This document shows positions 43,343 through 51,041 of a DNA stretch of 64,000 nt, in pieces. Below the pieces are notes generated by a model. It worked only from the letters and a program-made list of their open reading frames with translations. It did not search any database and was not told where the DNA came from. Each line of letters opens with the position of its first letter. Within the stretch, counting starts at the first letter, position 1. The stretch comes from an uncultured Bdellovibrionales bacterium (lineage in GTDB: Bacteria > Bdellovibrionota > UBA1018 > CAIPTA01). The DNA lies in assembly GCA_964612065.1 (NCBI GenBank), contig CAZTCD010000007.1, positions 5,563 through 69,562 on the forward strand, read 5' to 3'. The position numbers were made by a program, and so were the translations under genes.

Positions 43343-43873
43343 ACTCCATCCTATTCTGTCTTTGCTTAGCTGGAACCTGAGAGACGGCAGGCGGTGCCAT
43401 CCAGCTTCAAGGGGAATCCCCTGCTCTTGATCTCCCACTTTCGGGTGGTATCCGTTCTCAGCTACTGGGGCCTGCTACAGGAAAGCCTGGAGCTTCCGGT
43501 TCACGTCAACCTCTCAGAGGGGTCTGTCCTCATCGGCGAGTTAAAGCCGATGTTAACAGTACTCCGCTCAAAAGAGAAGCGACCCGCTTGATGGCTGAAA
43601 TCATTGAGATCCTTTGAGCGCGGGCGTGACGGGGGCGGGGTGGCACTTGAGCAAATGGAGGCGAATTTTCCCGCCCTGCTCTGTGGGGGAAATGCATGCA
43701 AGATCGAAGCTAGAAATCCGCGATACGTAGCTGCGGGTCGCATTTTATCGACGGAAAATTGTGGAATGCGTGTGGAAGAATTGTGCATATATTGAAATTG
43801 TTTATAAATATTTGATATGGTGAACAGGATTTTCGGGATTCTTTCCCGAAATCCTGCGGAAAAACGCGGGCCG

Positions 43874-43906
43874 TATGTGGGCAATATGTGGACGATAAGT
43901 GGAAAA
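43874..43906. repeat. three tandem 11-bp repeats (tatgtgggcaa / tatgtggacga / taagtggaaaa)
   Basis: Read directly. The helical-period spacing and the TGTGGA core resemble the complement of the DnaA box (TGTGGATAA) at 7/9 positions each. Confidence 0.8.
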
Positions 43907-43957
43907 AGAGAGCTGGCCCTGCCGCGCTCTCGCCAAACAGGAAGGAAAGGAGCATTG

Positions 43958-44134
43958 ATGGAAGAAAAGAGAAACAAAGCGAAAATCGGTTCGGCTCAAG
44001 GCACCCGAATCGCGCCAGCGAGGCTTCCCATGAGCGCTTTTGCCGCTCGCCCCGCAGTATTCAGCAGCGTAATGGGTAAATCTTCCGTGCCGGCCTCGTT
44101 GAGAAAGAACCTGGCGGGAAAGGGAAAAGGCTGA
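43958..44134 (+). CDS. possible small basic protein (58 aa)
   Basis: ATG is preceded by GGAAAGGAG at optimal spacing. Product is MEEKRNKAKIGSAQGTRIAPARLP...KNLAGKGKG. No homology recognised, and it is too short for compositional support. Confidence 0.3.
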   Translation: MEEKRNKAKIGSAQGTRIAPARLPMSAFAARPAVFSSVMGKSSVPASLRKNLAGKGKG

Positions 44135-44200
44135 TTCTGCCCCTTGGGTAGCCGTTATTGCTGAATTCGTGCTAAAAAAGTAAAGACAAACTCTTTACTC

Positions 44201-44977
44201 ATGAATTCAACTCTTCGCACCCGCATCGCCCCCACGCCGAGTGGCTATCTCCACCTGGGAAACATCGCGAACTTCCTCTTCGTGGAGAAGCTGGCTTTGG
44301 CCGCCGGGGGCCGCCTCATTCTTCGCATTGATGATTGCGATAGCACCCGCACCCGCCCCGAATTCGTGGAGCATATCTTCACCGTTCTCCGCTGGCTGGG
44401 CATCCAATGGCAGGAGGGGCCTTGCGACGCCGCCGATTTCCGGAAAAACTTCTCCCAGATCGCCCGCAAGGAACATTACTTCCTCCAGCTGAAAAACATC
44501 GGCCATCTCACATACGCCTGTGAGTGCAGCAGGAAGTCTCTGGAAAGCGCTCCTTGCCGCTGCCGTGAGAAGAATCTTACCATGCAGAGGGGAGTGCACA
44601 CCATGCGGCTCCGGATTCAGAATCAGGTGCTCGCCGCTGAATTCGGTGATGTGGTTCTATGGCGCAAGGACGATGGGCCCGCCTACCAGTGGGCCAGCGT
44701 GGTGGATGACCTCGAACAGCAGGTGAATCTTATCGTGAGAGGGGAGGATCTGCTCAGCTCCAGCGAGCTCCAGAAGCATATTGCCGCTCTGCTTGCTCCA
44801 GAGGGATTCCGCGCCGTGCGTTTTGTTCACCATCCGTTGCTTCCGGGGGAGGGTGGGCAGAAGCTTTCCAAGAGCCAGCAGGCGCCTTCCGTTACGGAGT
44901 GGATAAAAGGGGGCCGTACGGGTGACGACATCCGAAGGCACCTTGCTCCCGTGCTGGAGGGCTGGGAGATTCCGTGA
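44201..44977 (+). CDS. gluQ: glutamyl-Q tRNA(Asp) synthetase-like protein (truncated GluRS paralogue)
   Basis: RIAPTPSGYLHLGN (HIGH-type), RIDDCDSTR, the Cys cluster CECSRKSLESAPCRC, and KLSKSQ (KMSKS-type). At 258 aa it has no anticodon-binding domain. Confidence 0.8.
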   Translation: MNSTLRTRIAPTPSGYLHLGNIANFLFVEKLALAAGGRLILRIDDCDSTRTRPEFVEHIFTVLRWLGIQWQEGPCDAADFRKNFSQIARKEHYFLQLKNIGHLTYACECSRKSLESAPCRCREKNLTMQRGVHTMRLRIQNQVLAAEFGDVVLWRKDDGPAYQWASVVDDLEQQVNLIVRGEDLLSSSELQKHIAALLAPEGFRAVRFVHHPLLPGEGGQKLSKSQQAPSVTEWIKGGRTGDDIRRHLAPVLEGWEIP

Positions 44978-45114
44978 ACCTGGAGCAGGCTTTCGCTGCA
45001 TTTTCTGCCACGATGAGTGGGTATCCCGCGTTCTGGTGCGTTCGCTAAGCTGCCGGTATCCCGGGGTTTCCCGATCCGGGTTGACATTGGCCGGATCGGT
45101 ACCAAAATTAAGTT

Positions 45115-45435
45115 ATGGGCGCGAAGTTAGTCACCGCATCCTTATCCTTTCTCTGCCTCTATTTCCTCGCATGCCCGGGGAACAGAGCCGGCGCCGCTCC
45201 TTCTCATCGTCAGCAGAAGAGCCAGAAGGCCGTTCAGAGCGGAAGCCATGTTTCTGCGGCCGTATCGCAGGCTTCGGACTCTTCCGCCGACGGAGCGCTC
45301 CAGGCACGGCTCCCTTGCGTTTCCAGGGTGGCTCCTCCCTATCTGGAGCTTTTGCATGCCCACGCCTATCTGAGTGCGGCTGCACGCAGCTATCTGATCC
45401 GCACAGGGCTCAGCCCTCCTTCTCCTCGCGTATAA
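45115..45435 (+). CDS. possible small lipoprotein
   Basis: MGAKLVTASLSFLCLYFLACPGN has a lipobox-like FLAC. There is no obvious SD, and a TTGACA-N16-CAAAAT promoter-like element lies just upstream. Confidence 0.3.
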   Translation: MGAKLVTASLSFLCLYFLACPGNRAGAAPSHRQQKSQKAVQSGSHVSAAVSQASDSSADGALQARLPCVSRVAPPYLELLHAHAYLSAAARSYLIRTGLSPPSPRV

Positions 45436-45476
45436 AATCAGAACATAAATCCCCAATTTAAATCTGCGAGGTTCCT

Positions 45477-45686
45477 ATGAATCTTAGAATGTTTTCTATT
45501 GCCTTGATGGCATCTGCCATTCCTTTTTCCGCTTTGGCTGAGGCGGGCATCAAGCTCGACAAGGGCGACTTCATCTCCGCCAAGCGTTCCCGCCACAATG
45601 GTGAGGAAGTGGTGAGCGTGAAGCTCAGCAAGAGCGGGAAGGCCAAGCTACGGAAGCTGAACCTTCCGCGCGAAGACGAAGAGTGA
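45477..45686 (+). CDS. small secreted protein (69 aa)
   Basis: GAGG-type SD and signal peptide MNLRMFSIALMASAIPFSALA, with a basic mature part. Confidence 0.45.
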   Translation: MNLRMFSIALMASAIPFSALAEAGIKLDKGDFISAKRSRHNGEEVVSVKLSKSGKAKLRKLNLPREDEE

Positions 45687-45735
45687 GCTATTCAGGAAAG
45701 AGTAAGAACGGGGCGGCGGGTGCCGCCCCTTCACT

Positions 45736-46059
45736 TCAGGCTGATACGTCGGCTAGCTCTCTGGCATTCCCGTTCAACAGGCAGTAGCGAAGGCTCTTCC
45801 AGCGCTCCAGCCGGCGTAGCGCGGCGTTCTCCACCCTTGTGATGGCCACGCAGGGATCCCAGTGCGTGATGCTCAAAGAGATCGGCCAGGCGAGAGATCT
45901 GATTTCGAGAGTGCATCTGTATCTCCCACTCGCTTTTTCCAGCTGAGCGAAGATTCTGGCGTCGCTAGGAGCCGCGTCCAGCAGCCTCTCGTAAGACTGC
46001 CTGGCCTTTGACCGAACGGCTTCAACCGGATCGAAGCCTTTAAAATGAAACAGTTCCAT
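45736..46059 (-). CDS. hypothetical protein, possibly an HPF/RaiA (YfiA)-fold ribosome-associated factor
   Basis: 107 aa. The spacing of elements (FHFKGFDPVEAVRSKARQSYERL ... CTLEIRS ... DPCVAITRVENAALRRLERWK) resembles the beta-alpha-beta3-alpha HPF pattern. The functional call is weak. Confidence 0.45.
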   Translation of the reverse strand: MELFHFKGFDPVEAVRSKARQSYERLLDAAPSDARIFAQLEKASGRYRCTLEIRSLAWPISLSITHWDPCVAITRVENAALRRLERWKSLRYCLLNGNARELADVSA

Positions 46060-46233
46060 TTCTTACCTCCGTTCTTGGGTTGTGAAGGGTTTCCTGTCTA
46101 ATTATAAATGAAATCCGGGCGGGGGATGTCAAGACCCGGGCGGATCAATCCGCAGAAAAAAAAGAGCTGAAATCCGGATCCGGATAGTCTGAGTAGCGTG
46201 GCCTAAGCTGGAGTTCTCGTCGATTTTCTCCTG

Positions 46234-46977
46234 CTAAAAGGAGAGCGTATATCCAACATATAGGAAGTGGAACAGGGCGAAAGTGTAGACTTCGGTATCG
46301 GCTCCGCCTTCCAGGAGGCGATACCCCGCGCTCAATCCACTGTCGGCGGGCCCGGTCTTGTAAAAGATTTCGGCGGAGGCGTCGATGGCTCTTCCGTTCT
46401 TGGCCGCCAGCCCGTCCATATCAAACCGGAATTCCAGCTCCCGGCTGATGGTCCAGTATGCCCCCAGGTTCAGCAACGGAACGAACCCTACGTTGGTGTA
46501 TTCCGAAGCCGCGGAGGGGCTCTTGAGCGCGATCTTCGCGATGCGCATTTTGGCCACGCCACCCACCTGCCCCTGAATCTTTTCGGAAATGGGGAAGCGG
46601 TAAAGGTAAGACGCACGGTAGGAGCCGAACTTATAATACACCTCTGTTTTTTCCCCGGCCGCGAAAGTGCGGTTGTTGAAGTTCAAAGGGGCATTCGGTG
46701 TGATGTAAAAGGTCTGGTTCAGCGGAAACGCCAGGAGGCGGATGAAGCTGTTTTCGGAAATCTGGAATTTGGCGGTAACCCGGAAGTAGCTTTCATGATC
46801 GCGCTCATTGAAGGTTACCTTCGTGCCTCCCAGGTTCGGGATCCGGAACATATTGTATCCGGCGGAATAAACCCCGCCTTCAACGCTGGCTTCGTGAGCG
46901 ATGGCAGGGGGAGCGGTGAGCAATGCCCCTGTGAACCAATGTGCCAGAGCCAAAAGTCTAAGATTTCGAAAACCCAC
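46234..46977 (-). CDS. outer-membrane beta-barrel protein
   Basis: GTG start, signal peptide ...LLTAPPAIAHE, alternating beta-strand pattern and a C-terminal ...YVGYTLSF (terminal Phe). Confidence 0.7.
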   Translation of the reverse strand: MGFRNLRLLALAHWFTGALLTAPPAIAHEASVEGGVYSAGYNMFRIPNLGGTKVTFNERDHESYFRVTAKFQISENSFIRLLAFPLNQTFYITPNAPLNFNNRTFAAGEKTEVYYKFGSYRASYLYRFPISEKIQGQVGGVAKMRIAKIALKSPSAASEYTNVGFVPLLNLGAYWTISRELEFRFDMDGLAAKNGRAIDASAEIFYKTGPADSGLSAGYRLLEGGADTEVYTFALFHFLYVGYTLSF

Positions 46978-47167
46978 GCGTCCCCCGTTTCCTCTTCAGT
47001 GTTTCAATCTTCCGGGAAAAAATCCACGAGAGTTCGAGGCAACAAGGGGCGGAATCCAAAAATAGTTGGCTCCCTTGGCCCTCCCTTCCCTTCTCAAGGT
47101 GGCTCGCGCATTGCACCCACGCTTCGGATGTGTCCCGAAAACGCCCACGCTTGATGGAGGAAATGAG

Positions 47168-47791
47168 ATGACCTGGAAGTTCCCTTTCGTTCTTGGTTTA
47201 GCGTTTGCCTTTACCGCACATGCGGAACCACCCGACCAAACCGGAAACCCCTCGCTGGCAGTGGATGAGGAAAGCGGCATCGAGGAGCTGAATCCCTTTG
47301 CTTCCAACATCAACGAGTATCTCGAAGGCCTCGAGGGCAGAGAGATCGGGAGGGAAAATGATTTCGTCTTCGGCCACCTTCCCTCAACGGGTTGTTATCA
47401 GCAGTCCTGTGCCTTGTACGTGGACATCGACAAAGCCAGCCAGACCCTTCGCTTCTACTACAACGGCCGCTTTGAAGACCAATGGCTGGTAAGCACGGGA
47501 GCCGAGGGCTTCCGTACCCCGAATTTCAACAAGCGCTTCGACGGGCGCATCTACGACCGCTACACCTCATCGAAGTACCCTGGCGGAAACTACAACGGAC
47601 TCGGCAATATGCCTTATGCGATGTTCATCAGCGGGGGGATCGCTCTCCACGGCACGCCCCGGGGCAACTGGAGGCGCTTGGGCCGCGCGGCTTCTCACGG
47701 ATGCATCCGGCTCCATCCCGACAACGCCTACCGGCTGAACCGCCTTCTGCGGCAGTATGGCGTGGGCAACAGCTGGGTTACCGTGCGTTAG
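47168..47791 (+). CDS. L,D-transpeptidase (YkuD domain)
   Basis: ATG 47168 follows GGAGG. Signal peptide MTWKFPFVLGLAFAFTAHA. Catalytic block IALHGTPRGNWRRLGRAASHGCIRLHPDNA. Confidence 0.85.
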   Translation: MTWKFPFVLGLAFAFTAHAEPPDQTGNPSLAVDEESGIEELNPFASNINEYLEGLEGREIGRENDFVFGHLPSTGCYQQSCALYVDIDKASQTLRFYYNGRFEDQWLVSTGAEGFRTPNFNKRFDGRIYDRYTSSKYPGGNYNGLGNMPYAMFISGGIALHGTPRGNWRRLGRAASHGCIRLHPDNAYRLNRLLRQYGVGNSWVTVR

Positions 47792-47807
47792 GTAAGACGC
47801 GTATGGG

Positions 47808-48599
47808 TCAGTGAATGGTGCGCTCGCCGTAGAGATCCATCACCGAAGTCTGATACTTCGAAAACCGGTGGTGCACGAGCTCGAAGCGCTGGATCAGGTC
47901 CACCATCCAAAGGGGAATCTTCCGTTCGCACTTGAGCTCAAGCACTACGTTCTTGCCGGTATTGTAGTCTTCGAAGCTGTCGGGATGGTCGTAATGGCTC
48001 ATCAGATCCTCGCGGGGAATCACGTTATAGTCGTGCTCCTCCATGAGGCGAAGGTCGCGGTCGAAGGTTACGCGGGCGTAGTGATCGTGCACGGAGAGGA
48101 AGGCCATGCGGCGGTACTGGGTGAGAACCACGGGCTCCAGCCGGAAGGTTTCGCATTTCTCGAGAAAATCGGTGGCGTTCCGGTCGGAATAGGGATCGTA
48201 GCCTGAGATTCCGCCGGGGTTCAGGAAGAGCTCCCGGAGGTTGTTGTTTTCGAGCTGTACCTTCGCGCGTCTCTTTTTGCAGAAGTCGCGGAACTTCTGC
48301 TTGCTCTCGAGATAGAAGGGCGGTTTGGGATCGGCTCCATAAGAGCGGATGCGGAAGCAGGAATAGCCTAGCTCCCCACGGCCGTTGCACTTGAAAAGGC
48401 CCAGCTGAGGAGTGTCGAAGTAGAGGCTGTTGATCACGTAGAAGCCGTCGGGCGAAATCCGGGAGTGGTAATCCATCTCGCAGTATTGCGAAACATAGTC
48501 GGCGATCGGCTGCACCATGGAAAGGGGCACGCGGTATTTGAACTCGTACCTTTCGAGATTGAGGGGTGATACGGCTTTAAGAAGTTCAGGTGCCGCCAT
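47808..48599 (-). CDS. VTC-domain (polyphosphate-polymerase/CYTH-like) protein
   Basis: The N-terminal ERYEFKYRVP, INSLYFDTP and a run of basic strands fit the bacterial VTC domain. Its start overlaps the upstream stop (TAATG). Confidence 0.8.
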   Translation of the reverse strand: MAAPELLKAVSPLNLERYEFKYRVPLSMVQPIADYVSQYCEMDYHSRISPDGFYVINSLYFDTPQLGLFKCNGRGELGYSCFRIRSYGADPKPPFYLESKQKFRDFCKKRRAKVQLENNNLRELFLNPGGISGYDPYSDRNATDFLEKCETFRLEPVVLTQYRRMAFLSVHDHYARVTFDRDLRLMEEHDYNVIPREDLMSHYDHPDSFEDYNTGKNVVLELKCERKIPLWMVDLIQRFELVHHRFSKYQTSVMDLYGERTIH

Positions 48600-50200
48600 T
48601 ATTTCGGTTCCCTCGCACGCGGGCCGGCCACGAACTGGTAATGGCTTGTGTCTTCCCCGCCATCAAAGGCCACGAGAAACACGTTCTTCTCTTTGTTGTA
48701 CGCCAGCCCTTCAGGGCGCAGCTCACGGTAGGCGCGCTCGAGTTGCGGAGCGGTGTCGGAGCCCCTGAGGCTCCAGAGAGCGCCACCATCCATTTTTTTG
48801 CGGGTAGTGGTCATATAAAGCACCCCGTCCAGCATCATCAGATCGCTCACCCGGTGGCCTTCCTCGGCGAAGCGGAGTTTTTTCCAGGGCTCGATCTGGC
48901 TTTGGGCGCCTTGGTGAGTGAAGCGGCGGTTTATGTCGCGGATGCGAAGGATCACGGAATCGTCGTTGTCGAGAAGGGGGGCCTTGAGAGCCAGGTAGAG
49001 ATCACCCTGCAATACGAAATGAGCTTCCACTTCCACTGGCCTACCTCTGTGCCGCATGAGCTCGCGAATAGTGGGATCAGTGGAGTTGAGGAGAAGCTGG
49101 CGAAGAACGGGAGCGAAATTAAACGCCTGGCCTTCCGAGAGCTCGAAGCCCTTGCGCTTGAAGCGGATGAACTGTGATCCGGCTTCTTTTCTTTGCTTGC
49201 CCTTGGCCCAGAGCGAGCTCATCACGTAGGTGTATTCCCCATCGGTGCTGATGCTTTCGGCATCCTTCATCTTGGCCACGCCGGGAATCAAAAGCACGCG
49301 GTCTTCCACTTCTCCCTCTTCATTTAGAAGGAAGAGGCGAGGAGGGTTCTTCTTGCCCGGATCGTCGGAGATCACGAGGTATTTTTTGAGGTCTTCGAGA
49401 TAGATCGCCCCCGATAACTCCAGGTGGGCCAGCTTTTCGATGGAGGAGGGCACCTTGATCGGCTGGGGCTTGCTCATTTCCACTGCAGAAGTATTCATCG
49501 CCGGTACTGTTGGGGTGGCTTTGGCCACGAAGCTCTGCAGCCAGTAGGCATCGGGCTTGATCACCACTTTTTCCCCCAGCAGAAGCGCATTATTGCCTTC
49601 GATTTCCACCAGTACTTCGCGGCCATAGTGGAGGCGTCCCAAACCGTTGGACAAGCGCTCCGGCATGGGCACGATCCGCCCGCCCACTCCGGCTACCCGG
49701 CCATTTACCGAGCCGCGGCGGCCCGTGAGGGAGCTCACTGAAACGGGAGCTCCTACTTGCAGGTCGGAGTTCAGGGCTTCATGCACCCAGCCCTGCACGT
49801 AGGTGGGGCCTTCGGGAGAAATGGTGGCGAGCGAGGCAAAAGCGGGAGCGCGCTCTCCTTTTCCGTAGTTCACGCTGCCCACGATGCCGCCAGTCTCAGC
49901 GAACACATACTCCTTGGATTTTCCTTCAGCCGTGATTTCCAGGATGAGATCGCCCTTCTGCACTTTCTGCCCCGGCTTCACCAGCACCCGGTGAATTTCC
50001 ACGGGATAGTCGAAGTTCACGTTCGTTTCGCGGGATCCGGCGATTCCGTGAAAGCTAACCTTGGGCGAACTCACCACGAATCCCATAGCGAGGATACCGA
50101 GCACGGCGAACACCACCGCCCATGCGTAGAAGGTATTTTCCGAGCCGATCACATCTTCTTTAATGAATTTCAACAGGTGAAACTCTTCGGTCTTTTTCAT
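48599..50200 (-). CDS. membrane-anchored fusion: HlyD/MFP-like barrel-sandwich N-half + DUF3616/beta-propeller-like C-half
   Basis: TM AWAVVFAVLGILAMGFVV. Lipoyl-like VLVKPGQKVQKGDLILEI and barrel-like GAPVSVSS...GRVAGVGGRIVP. The C-half (LELSGAIYLEDLKKYLVISDD ... LRPEGLAYNKEKNVFLVAFDGGED) is only tentatively DUF3616-like. Confidence 0.7.
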   Translation of the reverse strand: MKKTEEFHLLKFIKEDVIGSENTFYAWAVVFAVLGILAMGFVVSSPKVSFHGIAGSRETNVNFDYPVEIHRVLVKPGQKVQKGDLILEITAEGKSKEYVFAETGGIVGSVNYGKGERAPAFASLATISPEGPTYVQGWVHEALNSDLQVGAPVSVSSLTGRRGSVNGRVAGVGGRIVPMPERLSNGLGRLHYGREVLVEIEGNNALLLGEKVVIKPDAYWLQSFVAKATPTVPAMNTSAVEMSKPQPIKVPSSIEKLAHLELSGAIYLEDLKKYLVISDDPGKKNPPRLFLLNEEGEVEDRVLLIPGVAKMKDAESISTDGEYTYVMSSLWAKGKQRKEAGSQFIRFKRKGFELSEGQAFNFAPVLRQLLLNSTDPTIRELMRHRGRPVEVEAHFVLQGDLYLALKAPLLDNDDSVILRIRDINRRFTHQGAQSQIEPWKKLRFAEEGHRVSDLMMLDGVLYMTTTRKKMDGGALWSLRGSDTAPQLERAYRELRPEGLAYNKEKNVFLVAFDGGEDTSHYQFVAGPRAREPK

Positions 50201-50201
50201 C

Positions 50202-50885
50202 TTAAACCTCGACGATCGCGTCCTGCATAAGCAGATTCACCGCTTTGGCCCCGGAAATGGCTTTCACATCCTGTACCAAGGCTTCCTTGCTTTCACCCTT
50301 CTTGAATTTCACGTGATAGGAGAAGTCGAGAACGGTGCCCTGGCCCATCTCTCTCATGCTGATGAGGTTGTAATTCTTGCAGTGGAGGGCGAGCACGTTC
50401 TCCAGCTCTTTGTGCTGGAATTCATTGGCTCCCAGATTGAGCTTCAGCATGGCATCGTACTGAGCGCCATGGGCGAAGGGGGTGCGGGCCAGCACGTAAA
50501 CCGCAAGCAGGAAGCAGAAGGTGCCCAGCACGGCCACGCCATGCGCATGCACGCCGGCGGCGAGGCCCACGGCCAAACTGGCGAAGATGAAAAGCATGTC
50601 TCTGGGGTCTTTGATCTCGGTGCGGAAGCGCAGAAGGGCCACGGTGCCCACCATGCCGATACCGCGGGCGATATTGTCGCCGATGGCTTGCATGGCGATC
50701 GCCATCAGAATGGGGAAAAGTACCAGGCAGTGCAGAAAGTTGCGGGAGTAGGATAAGCCCCGGAAGCTCTTGATGTAGCCGATCGCGATCGTGGAGCCCA
50801 AAACGAAGGAAAGCAGGAACGAATAGAAAATCGAAAAGGCAGTGGGATTTTCCAATGCAGTCGATAGAGCTGAAAAGTCGATCAC
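50202..50885 (-). CDS. DUF4956-domain membrane protein
   Basis: GTG start after GGAGG. Four to five TM helices and the signature ARGIGMVGTVALLRFRTEIKDPRDMLFIFASLAVGLAAG. Its stop lies 1 nt before the next start. Confidence 0.8.
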   Translation of the reverse strand: MIDFSALSTALENPTAFSIFYSFLLSFVLGSTIAIGYIKSFRGLSYSRNFLHCLVLFPILMAIAMQAIGDNIARGIGMVGTVALLRFRTEIKDPRDMLFIFASLAVGLAAGVHAHGVAVLGTFCFLLAVYVLARTPFAHGAQYDAMLKLNLGANEFQHKELENVLALHCKNYNLISMREMGQGTVLDFSYHVKFKKGESKEALVQDVKAISGAKAVNLLMQDAIVEV

Positions 50886-50986
50886 GTAGCCTCCCTGGAG
50901 GGTCCGGGTATGGGCAATTGTGCGTTGCGTTCTATTTATTAGGAAACTGTCAGGATGTAAAGTAATTAACTCAAGAACTGAGCGAT

Positions 50987-50999
50987 ATTTGCGGCAAAT
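50987..50999. promoter_or_regulatory. palindrome ATTTGC-G-GCAAAT upstream of the DUF4956 gene
   Basis: Perfect 6-bp arms, ~100 bp upstream of the GTG at 50885. The same TTTGCGGCAAA core recurs at 52659. Confidence 0.5.
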
Positions 51000-51041
51000 C
51001 TCTCTAAAAAAATCAATGATTTATCGCGCAATCCGTTGGGG

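Noticed and set aside
43443-43456. GGGTGGTATCCG resembling the T-box consensus GGGTGGTACCGCG near aspS
   Set aside because: It is on the plus strand while aspS is on the minus strand. It lies ~750 nt from the plus-strand gluQ start with no specifier-loop or terminator architecture. Most likely chance.
43938-43957. GGAAGGAAAGGAGC reminiscent of the SRP RNA conserved GGAAGGAAGCAGC
   Set aside because: There is no flanking helix-8-type pairing or 4.5S-like hairpin. The sequence is better explained as the Shine-Dalgarno region of the small ORF at 43958.
43501-43977. 158-codon minus-strand ORF in the aspS-gluQ spacer
   Set aside because: The product is Ser/Pro/Arg/Phe-rich with no motif. There is no SD, and it spans the AT-rich tract and repeat arrays. 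It is unlikely to be coding.
43343-44200. Declaring this spacer to be oriC
   Set aside because: All DnaA-box-like words have at least 2 mismatches, no dnaA/dnaN/rep gene is nearby, and the strand bias of genes across the window is not clear. It is kept only as a hypothesis in the findings and not annotated as an origin.
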